Shown in pieces: positions 39,739 to 52,036 of a DNA stretch of 64,000 nt (the stretch's first letter is position 1; every line of letters begins with the position of its first letter). The DNA lies in the NCBI GenBank assembly GCA_044892525.1, contig CM097886.1:164040312-164104311 (forward strand), in the 5' to 3' direction. This stretch comes from Schmidtea polychroa. Lineage: Eukaryota. Below the pieces are notes generated by a model. It made no database searches and had not been told where the DNA came from. It saw nothing but the letters and a program-made list of their open reading frames with translations. Position numbers and translations under genes: made by a program.

Positions 39739-40690
39739 TTAAATCTTTAAATGGTGAGGGATTAATTGCCATTTCAGATAAAGTATTGATGTATAATTCA
39801 TCTTCGAAATAATGTTCAAATTTTGATTTTTCAACGGCACTTGGAGTTTTTGTTCATAGAATTTACCACTGATTTGATTGTTTTCATGATCAACTATCAC
39901 ATACATGACAGGGTTCTGCTTTTTATCGATTTTCAAAATTTGATATACTTCATCAGTCCAATTATTATCAAAATCTTTTATGAATGGAGAAGAGTTGATT
40001 TTACTAATTCTTACATGATCACCCACCTTGTATTTTGGTTTATCTATTTTTTCTGTCTACCTTAATATTTTTTTCGTAAAATCAACTGGTCTCTGTCCTT
40101 GTAATCCTCTATGTGGTGAAAGATTGTAACTGAAAACATTTTTTGGCCAAACATTTATCCAAGTCTTATTACCTTTATATACAAAATATTTTTTCAATCT
40201 TTCTTTTTCAATAAAGTTCGATTAAATATTTCTACATGAGTAGTTTGGAACTGAGAAAATACCGAGTAGAGATTTACTCCTTTGATAACCTCTTTAACTT
40301 TACTTTTATCAAATTGTTTTTCAAAATATTTACTTAAAAATTAATTTAATTAAATTTAATTGCCCACATTATTTGTAAATTACGAAGCCGACCATCATCA
40401 AATATTTCTTTTATTGAATCAGTCATTTCATTTGCAGATTTAGTTTTTATAGGAACAGCACGCGCGTATCTATTAAAAATATCAATACATATCAAAATAT
40501 ATTTGTATCCTTTGTTGATTTTTGAATAAGGTATCATTTCCATCAAATCAATTTACCAAAAATTAGTGATTATAAATTTTTTGTATGCTTTTGTTGGGAA
40601 TCGCTTTGTTTTGGAGGTTTTGACCGGTTTGTACAGTCTGGTTTTCATTTGTTATGGTGATAACAATGGAACCTAAAAAATTTATGATGA
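39739..40690 (-). pseudogene. Polinton c-integrase, frameshifted
   Basis: LYKPVK..W*IDLMEMIPYSKINKGYKYILICIDIFNRYARAVPIKTK; PHRGLQGQRPVD; GDHVRISK..NWTDEVYQI..Y.I.D....ISGKFYEQKLQ. Confidence 0.85.
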
Positions 40691-41118
40691 CAGCCATATT
40701 TATTTTTTGTGTTAAAAATTTAAGGAATTTTTTTCTTGAAAGATTCCTTGTTTAAATATTCTTGCGTTTGGTGAGAACTTTAATAATGTGTTTAAAAAAA
40801 TAATTAATTTAAATTGAGAAAGATTATTTGTGTTTAAAAAATAGTGAATTTTAATTGTGAATTTAAAATAAAAATTATTTGATTTCGAAATTTTCTTAAA
40901 ATGGTTGGATTGAATAATGAGTAATGATGAAAAATTTCGTGCTAATGTCAAGTTAATTTAAATGGACTTTTACAAACGGATGATAAATGCGCTCTTAAAT
41001 CTATCACATTTCAATTTAAACATCATTTGATGGATGATAAGGATAATTATAATAAGGATAATTTATATCGGATAATTCAGCGAAAATTTCGATTATATAT
41101 TATCATTTCTAACATCTG

Positions 41119-41889
41119 GTGATTGTGACCGCGTTTGTCTCTTGTTTATCATTGAAGATCAAAAGGTTACGTAGAAGTTATGAAAAGTATTCAGAAAGTT
41201 CAAAATCTAAACTCCGTAAAGCGATAAGTCTATACGATGGAACTATATTCAAAATTTTAAAATATGTAAATGTACAGCAAACATCAACAGTTGGAAGATA
41301 TATTAACGGAAGTAACCCAAAATTGATGTCTAAAAACAATCGATCTAAACTCATTTCTGAATTGAACCATACAAAAGCATCTACTCTATCTCTCAATGCT
41401 TCATGTTCGATTGACAAGTTTTCAGAAGATTTAACTAAATTACTGACGATTAATGATCCTGCTGGATATTTCGAATATTCACTGATTGTCTACTTTGTTG
41501 CGTTATCTCCAAAGTCCTCTATAGATAAACATTCTTCAAACGTCATATCTACAAATTCACTTGAAGTTGAATGGAAATATAATCTATTAACAATCGGTGA
41601 TGATAATGACAAACAAAGATTCCTAATGATGCAAAGAGTACTAATAAACCCACGGATTAGATTTCTTCTGGAAAGAGGGTCAAAGTGTTACAGAGAAAGA
41701 GAGTCTAGTAAACGAAATAACATTTATGGTTGCATTGTTGACAACAACATGTTTGTAACCAGTTTGAAAGGAATAAATGAAAAACCCAGATTAACTGATG
41801 TTGAAATGTTAAAAGAACCCACTTTTTGTTTATATATTATCTTTCTCATCAGATGCTTATTTTTAGTATCGACTAACAATAAAAAATGA
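41119..41889 (+). CDS. Orphan 256-aa ORF inside the Polinton remnant
   Basis: Stop-free for 256 codons in AT-rich DNA; A-rich on + like a sense strand; no ATG until far inside the frame (GTG start called); no recognisable domain. Confidence 0.35.
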   Translation: MIVTAFVSCLSLKIKRLRRSYEKYSESSKSKLRKAISLYDGTIFKILKYVNVQQTSTVGRYINGSNPKLMSKNNRSKLISELNHTKASTLSLNASCSIDKFSEDLTKLLTINDPAGYFEYSLIVYFVALSPKSSIDKHSSNVISTNSLEVEWKYNLLTIGDDNDKQRFLMMQRVLINPRIRFLLERGSKCYRERESSKRNNIYGCIVDNNMFVTSLKGINEKPRLTDVEMLKEPTFCLYIIFLIRCLFLVSTNNKK

Positions 41890-42060
41890 TTTTTTATGTC
41901 TTTGCAATACTAATCTTTCAGCTTTAGTAATATTTACATTACCACGAACAACATTATCAATAAAAAAAGATGGAAAAGTTTGTAAAATCGACATTCGTTT
42001 TGTATATGAAGCCTTTGTTAAAATATAGTAAACTCCTTCAAATTTAATTATTACTATCAT
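41863..42060 (-). pseudogene. Small basic Polinton-type ORF, frameshifted at its 3' end
   Basis: Motif similarity as above; continues as RKIIYKQKVG in another frame. Confidence 0.5.
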
Positions 42061-42117
42061 TATTTAACTGGATAGATTGTTTATAATTTTTATAAAGCGG
42101 AAAATACCCTATCCTAT

Positions 42118-44106
42118 TGTTGGGCTAGAACCGAGAATCGAGAGCTTGTTTTAATGAATCAAAAATACATAATATAAAAATCGCACCAAGTTAAATTAAA
42201 ACACCAATCAATACAAATTAAAGTACATAACACATTGATGATAAATAAGACCCGGGTGATAAAATCAAGGAACGAAAATAAAGGTCACAATCACTAACAC
42301 AATTAGGAGAAACATCACATTCGGAATAGCTAACAACTAAGAAATAAAATAATAATAAATAAAATAATGGGTAATAAATTAATTAATAATATGAAAAATT
42401 TCTAAATAAATAAATTTAAAATAAATTATCTAGTAAACTGGTAAAATAATAAAAAGTAGAATAAAAGTAGTAAAATTAGATAAACCATAAAATTTATAAA
42501 ACTAAATTGTTTAATGAAAACTAAAAATAAAACCAACAAAATTATTTAAATTATAAAACTTATAAAACCAAATTGTTTAAATTAATGAAACTAAAGTAAA
42601 ATTAACTGAACTTATTTAAATTATAAAACTTGTAAAACTAAATTAAAATTATCAAAAACTATTTAAATTATAGAATTTATAAAAATAAATCTTAAAAATT
42701 AATAAAAATTAGAATTTTGATTAATTAAATTTAAAAATAAATAATTGCACACATTCATGCATGCATGCAAAAATTAATCAGAATTGCCTCGCATTCTAAT
42801 TGGATATAACAGCAGAGAATGCGTAGGCGTATAATTCAATCAGTATAAATACAGAGTGAAATTTCATTTAAAATACTCTCTCCTCAACTGGTTACACAAC
42901 AATTCATTTACTGGCAGTGAACATATGCTCTCAATTTTCGATTCCGTGCCATCGCGGTGAGGTAAATTTGATTTTTGTTTTGTGTAATGTAATTTTGTTA
43001 GGTCTAATGTTATTTTAAATTGAAGTTAATTTTCGTTAATGTTATTTAGTTAATTTATTTTGTTATTTAGATAATGTTATTTTAAATTGAAGTTAATTGT
43101 TAATATCGGTATGGTATTATTCATTTTGTTGTTGTTAAGTCTAATGTTATACAATTTTAGGAATTAATAAAATTTTTAACGGAATTTGTTTTTAATTAAT
43201 TCTTATGTTTGGCGTATGTTATTTTTGTCCTTTTTGAATAATATTATAATTTAGGTTGGGTTTTTCTTGATATTTATATGTCGATGGTCTGGGCTGGGGG
43301 AAGGTTTGTGGACGGGTGGCACTACGTGCTGTTGGTCGGCAGATGTTTCGCCAGTTGAGTACATCGGGGTAGGGAATATAGATAGGGATATGAACGGTTA
43401 GAGGGGGAAAAATCAATTTGCGATAGTTTAGGGCCTTATTTAGAGTTAGGTAGTATAGGACGGCTCAGTCACTTTTATTTTTCATAGATATTCCTGAGTT
43501 AGGAGAAATAATAGAATAGTTATGAACTGTTGTCGGTAGATGAAGTAGGTTTAGGCAATTTTATAGAAACCACGAATAGTTAAGACATTCCATCGTTCAG
43601 GATTGGAAATACAGGCAGATCCCTGCTCAAATTTTCATGAGAAGTGTGGAAACATGTTTATTCACTTGTGAATAAGGGCCAATCCCTGCTCAAAATCTTT
43701 GAAGGATAATTTGGATATTATAGGAAATATATAACAATAATTATTAGATGGAAAATAAGGGCGGATCCCTGCGAAAAATTTTATGGGGGAACAGTTGGGA
43801 ATACCCTTACTTGAGGACCACAAATGATCTAAAAATAGCATACATAGAGAATAATGACGTAAGACCTTCTATCGGCAGTCTAGAACCTGAAGAGAGAATA
43901 CAATGGGGAGTAGTTTTAGCAATAGAGCTCACCTGCTCATTGTTTTTTCGCCTTTGTGTACATTACCAACATGGTCGTCGCCATGGGTACACAAATGGTT
44001 TAAGGTGCAATAGTCGTAAAGGTGCTTAGGAGAGAGTCATGTGAATAGCTAAATTACCCCTGACGTATTTAAAAATATAAAATGACACACCCCTAAGTAA
44101 CCAACA
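42118..44106 (-). mobile_element. Solo-LTR-like unit C (A/B family, reverse orientation), 1989 bp
   Basis: TGTTGGGCTAGAAC at 42118 is the exact reverse complement of the last 14 nt of A. Ends TAACCAACA; perfect 4-bp TSD CTAT. Confidence 0.8.
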
Positions 44107-45779
44107 CTATTCTTCAAGATCTGGAAATGTAGGGTAATAGGATTTAAGAAACCATTCCACGAAAAAGAACTCAAGTATCAGATTCAAGAATTACAAATTC
44201 AATCAAATTCATATTGGTACTTTTATTGATATGAATGTCTTATCGATGAAAACCAATTACTGTAATGAACCTGAAATATTTACAGCTTTATAAATCCTCA
44301 AGTACAGCCCTCTATGTGTCAATGTGTTTACAAGTGGAATATTAGGAATTAAAAAGTTAGATTATTTCATTCAAGTCCAAGAAATTCATAACTTTATAAA
44401 ATTAATGATCCTACAACAGATGAAGAAACTCTAGAATTTTTATTAAGCTAATTAATTAAGTTAGTTAATTGTTTTTAAATCTTTTTATTATCGACAAAAG
44501 CAAATATTCAAATTATTAATGAGAAAGAAACATATGTCTTCCAAACAATATTATTGAAGATGGTAAAACTGTTCCCTAATAAAAAGACCCGACTTTCATA
44601 TTGTGCTCCATAACTGTTGACTTACATGATAAACCATTTAACGGGAATTAATCTAGAGGGCAAAAAAACTCAACATATATGTTGGATGATGAGAGTAGGC
44701 CCATCACCACATTTAACCTCAACAAATATTATAAGACAGGGCCCAAGAGATACAGGATCAATGTGTGCGCCGAAGAGCGTAGATAAATAAAAATCATCTC
44801 CAATAGCTCAACAATTCAAATTCCCAATAGCTGAACAATCCAATTCCTCAAACAATAACAACAACTGTTAATATTATCTGTGTGTTAAACTTTATCAAAT
44901 TTTATTTTATTGACATTGATCAACATTCTGTGTTTTTTAACTTTATTGAATTTCATTTTATTGATTGTGTATAAATTTTTAGTTGTATTTTATTATAAAT
45001 TTTATGTACACTTATAATTTGTAAACATAAAAAATATATATATAAAGTGTATTTAAAAAAAAGAAATTGATATTTATAAATAATGATAATAATTTAAAAT
45101 ATATTTAAAAAGTATTAATTTTTACAAGTAATTATTAATTATTAATAAATAAAATTAATTCACATATAGAAAATGAAAATCTAAAATAAATAAAATTAAT
45201 TTATTCAAAATATTTTAGTATATAAACGACTCACAAAATCAGTGTAGTCGCCCAAAAATTTAGCATTCAACACTTATTCGAAGGTTAATCCTGAGAATAT
45301 TATAAAACCAGAATCAGACAGAAACGATTCACATAAAACACAACATATGTATTTTTTGCAAGCAGTTTGAAAGAAGTGATCCAAGAAATAATTGTTCGAG
45401 TTGAAACTAAAGTAAAATTAACTGAACTTATTTAAAATTATTGTTTTAGAACTGAAAATTATATATCTTGGGTAAATTTTTGTTATAATAAATATTTATA
45501 TACAGATTTGTTTTGATATTTACCTATATAAGAACCAGACAAGTTGAGTGTTTTTGAATATCGAGACCTCAACATATACATCAAAATAAAACTAATAATA
45601 ACACAAAGACATTTATGTAAAAGAAATATTTTATTATAGCTAAGTTGCATAAGTTGTTAAAAAAGAAATACATTTTATTACATTGATGAAGTGATAAAAA
45701 TTGAACCAATATTTAAATAATTTTAATCAAAATATATTTATATATTTTTTTCACAAATATAATATTCAAAGAAATAATT

Positions 45780-47015
45780 CTAGGCTGTTTTATTCAGTTT
45801 TTGATCCATTTCATTTCGATAAAATTCTTTCCACAAAATCCCAATGACCTTGGAAACAATCACGTCTCCAACCTTCGCTGTTATCATGTGAAGCATGAAG
45901 ATCTCATCGCATTTAAAATATTCATACAAGAATTTCTTTAAAATATCTTTCGTTTCATCGTTCATATCATTCAAATCAATATTACGATTAATTTTTAAAA
46001 ATCTTTTGACGAATCTTCTCCTCGACACTCTAAAGCAAATCCGATTGATCCAAACAAATAGACCAATCAAAGTCATGAGAATGGAAAATATTGACCAAAC
46101 ACTCAAAAATGTGACAATGATTCGATAATTCATATTCTGTTGGTGAATACATTGAGAAAATGTTCTTGCACTTCCACCAATATGTTTTAGATCTTTATTG
46201 TAACAAATGGTTTGGAAAGGGAAATAAAGAGAAGTTTGCCAATAATCTAGATCAAATATTTTGACGAAAACTTCGAAATAGAAATCATAAAATCCATGAT
46301 GGGGAAATGCTATGACATGCTTTATTATCCAAATATTGAAAAATCCAGATCCAATAAAGAGGAGTTTGATGATAAAATACCAACTGACGAAATATGTTGA
46401 GCAATATCCACTAAATGGAATATATGGGATATATTTTTTTAGGAATTTCATTAAGGGACTATAAGCCATAGTTTTCGATAATGTGTTACTGTCATGGAAT
46501 CTTTTTGCCACAAGTAGCAATTCCATTTCGTAATTCTCTGGAGATAGCAAATTGGTTTTATCCAAGTGACAAATGAGGTTAATTAAATCATTTTTATAAG
46601 TAATTCGTTTCCATAAAATTCTAGGAAAATAGCAAACCAAACACATAATACCCAACATTGTCGGAATCCATTGATAATAAGTTATACGGTTGATCTTATC
46701 TAATTTATCCCAGCCTTCATCAGTTTGTGGAATGTCATTAACACTATTTATTGGAATTGTGCCCACTGTCCAGCAATAGTTCGGGTAATAATCTATATCA
46801 AACTGGAATGAAAACGGAACAACTGTGGTAAGACATTGAAAATCAGTGCTGAAATAATTATAATTTACTGAGAAAAAGAAGCAGAGAGCTATAATAGTTG
46901 TCGTAAAGACATAAATTAATTTGTCATAATTATCATTGAGTTTGATGGATTTGTAATTGAATGAGCTTTGGATTTGGAATAGATCATTGGCATGATTTCT
47001 GACGATTCCAAACAT
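45780..47015 (-). CDS. Innexin paralogue B, 411 aa, single exon
   Basis: Same motifs as paralogue A; 54 of 411 residues differ by manual alignment (~87% identical). Confidence 0.93.
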   Translation of the reverse strand: MFGIVRNHANDLFQIQSSFNYKSIKLNDNYDKLIYVFTTTIIALCFFFSVNYNYFSTDFQCLTTVVPFSFQFDIDYYPNYCWTVGTIPINSVNDIPQTDEGWDKLDKINRITYYQWIPTMLGIMCLVCYFPRILWKRITYKNDLINLICHLDKTNLLSPENYEMELLLVAKRFHDSNTLSKTMAYSPLMKFLKKYIPYIPFSGYCSTYFVSWYFIIKLLFIGSGFFNIWIIKHVIAFPHHGFYDFYFEVFVKIFDLDYWQTSLYFPFQTICYNKDLKHIGGSARTFSQCIHQQNMNYRIIVTFLSVWSIFSILMTLIGLFVWINRICFRVSRRRFVKRFLKINRNIDLNDMNDETKDILKKFLYEYFKCDEIFMLHMITAKVGDVIVSKVIGILWKEFYRNEMDQKLNKTA

Positions 47016-47071
47016 TTTTCATAAGTTTATTGAGAAATGTTTATTTTTCAAACGAATTAATTAAAATTAGT

Positions 47072-48419
47072 AAAAATTCATTAATTTCAAAAATAAAATT
47101 TTAATAATTCAATTTAAAAATAAAAAAATTTTAAAATTATAAGTAGGCCTAATTTTTGAAGGATTTATTATTTTATTAAATTTTTATGGTTTATTTTAAC
47201 AATTTATCGAATTTAAAAAAATTCATTTTTATTCTTTTAATTTGATGTTAATTTTAAAAAGTTTTTAATTATTTATAATTGTTGTGTTCAAAAATATTAT
47301 TTTCTATACTTCTTTCAATTTATTAGGGTCCTCTAATCCTCAGCTTCTCGAGCCAGCAAAATAGCAGAGAAATAGAATTTTTTTTAAATTATTTAATTAA
47401 TATTTTAACTTCATATTAGCATTATAAAATTTGTATATTTAAGACACAATAAATAAAAAGTTTAAATTATTCATAATATTTTAATATATTTTTTAAATTG
47501 TAATTAAAATAATTTTGGGAGATAAACATTCGAAAAAATTCATTAATTACCCGTAATTTCAAAAATAAAATTCTAATAATTCAATTTAAAAATAAAATAA
47601 TTTTAAAATTATAAGTAGGCCTAATTATTGAAGGATTTATTATTTTATTAATTTTTTATGGTTTATTTTAACAATTTATCGAATTTAACAAAACTCATTT
47701 TTTATTCTTTTAATTTGATGTTAATTTTTAAAAGTTTTTAATTATTTATAATTGTTGTGTTCAAAAATATTATTTTCTATACTTCTTTCAATTTATTAGG
47801 GTCCTCTAATCCTCAGCTTCTCGAGCCAGCAAAATAGCAGAGAAATAGAATTTTTTTTAAATTATTTAATTAATATTTTAACTTCATATTAGCATTATAA
47901 AATTTGTATATTTAAGACACAATAAATAAAAAGTTTAAATTATTCATAATATTTTAATATATTTTTTAAATTGTAATTAAAATAATTTTGGGAGATAAAC
48001 ATTCGAAAAAATTCATTAATTACCCGTAATTTCAAAAATAAAATTCTAATAATTCAATTTAAAAATAAAATAATTTTAAAATTATAAGTAGGCCTAATTA
48101 TTGAAGGATTTATTATTTTATTAATTTTTTATGGTTTATTTTAACAATTTATCGAATTTAACAAAACTCATTTTTTATTCTTTTAATTTGATGTTAATTT
48201 TTAAAAGTTTTTAATTATTTATAATTGTTGTGTTCAAAAATATTATTTTCTATACTTCTTTCAATTTATTAGGGTCCTCTAATCCTCAGCTTCTCGAGCC
48301 AGCAAAATAGCAGAGAAATAGAATTTTTTTTTAATTATTTAATTAAAATTTTAACTTCATATTAGCATTATAAAATTTGTATATTTAAGACACAATAAAT
48401 AAAAAGTTTAAATTATTCA
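47072..48419. repeat. Tandem array of a 472-473-bp unit, ~2.8 copies, directly upstream of innexin B
   Basis: Marker GTAGGCCT at 47143, 47615 and 48088; core TTAGGGTCCTCTAATCCTCAGCTTCTCGAGCCAGC occurs three times; copies are near identical. Confidence 0.95.
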
Positions 48420-51075
48420 AATGTTAGTGTTTTTTGAAAATATATTACATTAAATAAATTCATTTTTAAAATTATTACTTTAATTTTCTTATAAGAACTT
48501 TTTTCAATTTTCACCACTGATTTATTTCCAATTTACGGTGTATTTATTAAAAAACTTGACTATGAATCAGTAAAGATATCGATGTTTTTTTGATATTCAC
48601 GAATTTTCTGCGCTGCATTTTTCTTTTTTCCTTTTTTTCTTTTTAATTTACTTAATTTTAAATTTTAATTTATTTCAAAATTACTACTTATTTACTTTCA
48701 TTTTCCAGGCGACATTGTTTCTTCAAAATGTTACATTAATTAATTTTTTTAATTTATGTAAACTTAATTTCTCAGTCGAAGCACTTCTTAACAATTTACT
48801 ACTTATTTTATATTATTACCCTAATTTTAAATACTTTATTTACTGTCATTTAAAATTATTACTTTAATTTAAATATAATACCATACTTTCTCAGAAGTCA
48901 TGGTTTCTAAAAAATAATTTACTATAAATTACTGTAAAAAATACCCCATTACTATAGTGTATCACATTGACATAAAAAGATGTCGGACACTGCAGCAAAG
49001 TCTATTTATTCTTTATTTTATAAATTTATTTTTATTGTAAAAAAATTAGCTAGAGTTTTTTAATTAAATAAAAATGTTTTCATTAAAAAATTAGGCCTAT
49101 TGTTTAAGAAAAATTACTTTGATTTTTGATTGAAAATTTTAAGTTTTTAAAAATTACCTGAACTTTTTCATTAAAAAATAAATTTTAATGTTTTTATCGA
49201 AAAATAATACTTAAGGTATTTTTATTGAAAATTAAATTTTATACTTTTTAATCAAAAAAGATTAACTTAGGGTTCTTTGATTGAAAATATTAAGTTATTA
49301 AAAAATTACCAGAGATTTTTCAATTAAAAATAAATTTTAATATTTTTAATCGAGAAAAAGTATTTAGGCTTTTTAACGAGAAAAAATACTTGGACTCTTT
49401 TTTAATGTAAAATAATTTTTAAGATTTTTACATAGGAAAAAAATTAAAAATTAAATTGAAAAAGAAATTACAAAAATATTTTTGAACCCAACCCTTTCCC
49501 ATTAAAAAATATTTATGGATGGGGTCTTAAAAATTCCCATGGGCCATACTCCTACTTTCCCTTTACTCTAGAAAGGTGTGCCCAACCTTTGCGACCTAGT
49601 GAGCTACTTTTTATTTTCTGAACCAATAGCGATCGACTAAATGCAAATACTTTGAATTTTAGTAAAATTTAATAAAAAATAAACAAAAATAGTTAACATT
49701 AAAAAAAAACATTTATTTGATGAGATGTTTGACATTCAATATTATCAGCTATTTTTGAGTAATTAGGTTCATAATTACTGACAGCTAAACATAAGCAGTA
49801 GTCAAGATGATTTTCAGTTATACGTGTACGATATTTAGATTTGATATAATTCATATGAGAAAATGACGACTCGCATAAATATGTAGATGCAAAACAGGAA
49901 TGGACTCTAAGATAAGCATCTTTTAATAGCGGATATTTCTCTATCGTAATAAACTTCCATATGTCAAGTTGATCAACTGATTTCAAGCTAATATCCATTG
50001 TAGTTCAATTAATTCCATTTCCAAGCTCCCTACGTTCATACTAAATTCTTCTCCGATTAGTACAGCTATATTTTCGATATTTATTTTAGAAATTGGTGAT
50101 AATAAAAACGATGTGATTGGAGGAAGTTTTTCAAAGTCCACAAATCTTTGTTGAAATTGGACAAATATGTTTTGCAATATATTACCAAATTGTTTATAAT
50201 CTGTATTTGAACTCATTTCGTCTTTTAAATTTGAGAAATGTTTCAAATCTTTTTTATTAATTTGAGATATCCATAATTCCAGATTTAGTTCATTTAATTT
50301 TATTGTAAGATCCGTTAAAAAAGCCAATTTTTGCAGCCAAATCTTGTCGAGAAATAAAACAGCATAGGGATCGTTTTTTATATGTGGTACCAGCTTGTGG
50401 AATCTTTATAAAACTTTATCTTTGGACAACCATTTTACTGAATTATGGAGAAGTAGATCACCGTATTCTGCACCAATGCTATCTAAAAGTCATCTTTGTA
50501 GTGCATTTGCCCGAATTGAATTAATTATTTTAATCGTTGCATTCATAACATCATCAAGGTTCAACATTTTACCACATAATGATTGTTGATGAATTATTGT
50601 GATATCTAATAAATTTAGGAACATCAATAGCTCTTTTATAAAAAGCTAAAAATCCATTTTCGCAACTTGTCATAGAAGAAGCACCATCAGTAGTAATAGA
50701 AGCGAGCTTCTGAAGAGGAAGATTTTCATATAATACGAAAGATTTAAAAATATTGAAACGTCTTATCCTCTGGTTTTTTCTTTCAAATATAGAATTTTAA
50801 GAAATTCTTCCTTCGTTGTTGAATCAGCATAAACTAAACGTACAAATATATCATATCACAATTGTCATTTGATTCAACAAATTGTAGTGAAAACAATGAA
50901 CAATTTTCAAAATCCCGTTTAAGTTGTGATCTCAAGTCAATTGCCATGTTTTCAACACGTCTTGCTACGGTTTGTCTGGAAAGTTGCATATCTTTGATAG
51001 CATCAACAATTTCCATTTTATTATTAAAATTTTGAAATAAGCTATCTGCTGTTGCCAAAAAGGCTTCTTTGAATA

Positions 51076-51880
51076 TGTTGAGGATACCTAATTAACAAAT
51101 TTATGAATAAATAACTATAATTACCTGGTGGAAGATCGTCATGATAAACGGGGCGATCTAAGAAAACAAAAACCAAGGTCAATAATAATTAATTAGTACA
51201 AAGAAGAAAAGGAATTTCAAATTCCAGAAAAACAAAATAAGGGAAAAAGCTGTATCTTGACAGCTTGTCAAAGATAGCGGAATTGCCGCGAGAAGACGGC
51301 TTAGCAAAAAAGGAAAAATATCTTGACAGCTGTCAGAGATAAAATTGGAACAGTCGGGAAAGGCAGGAGAAAGAAAGTGAAAAAAAATTTGATTATCTCG
51401 AGTGCCATAAATAAAGCAAGCTATATAAAGAGAAACTGGTGGGCATAAAATGGAGACAAATTGAGAGACAAAAGTGAGACGACAAATTAGACAGAGTCGG
51501 ACGAAACGTTATTGGGAAAACGATTTGTGAAGAATAATTGTAAAGTAAATATAATTGTGAAAAATAATTGTAGGAGAAGATTTGAAGAAAAAGACAAAAC
51601 AACCAGCTCAAAGTCCCAGTTGATAAACCAATCAGTAATTAGTGATCTTTCAATCCGGTGTATTACACAAGTGCTATTCCTCACTGACTGTTGTAATAAG
51701 CATGGTATAGTCACGGAGCAGAGTGTTGAATTGATTGTCAGTGTAAAGTGAAAGTTCTTTGTGATTATCAATAAACACTTCTGTTGTCAAGTGTTATTTA
51801 TGGATCAGTCAAAGACATGCTTGCAGTCAGAGAAACAATTCATTAAATTTAAATTTTATCACCAACCTAATAACCCAACA
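51076..51880 (+). mobile_element. Solo LTR (family D), 805 bp, inserted in the hAT transposase
   Basis: TGTTGAGGATACC...TAACCCAACA; 4-bp TSD AATA; the transposase reads KKPFTDGNI|FKEAF across the site. Confidence 0.9.
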
Positions 51881-52036
51881 AATATATTACCATCTGTAAA
51901 AGGTTTTTTAGTGTATAAAAATTCGACAAACACGAAGAGATGCAACCGTTGCCATTGTTGACTAACTACAACTTTTTTTAAACATAGATTGTTGTACATT
52001 TAGAGATCCTTTTAATTTTTGTACTTTCGATAATTT

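Larger units (their letters stand above)
39569..42113 (-). mobile_element. Polinton/Maverick remnant (integrase, adjacent ORFs); may continue after 44110 beyond the unit C insertion
   Basis: Decayed retroviral-like integrase typical of Polintons, plus a small basic ORF (KASYTKRMSIL..NVVRGNVNIT..RHKK) of a type seen in Polintons. No TIR or DNA polymerase seen. Confidence 0.75.
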
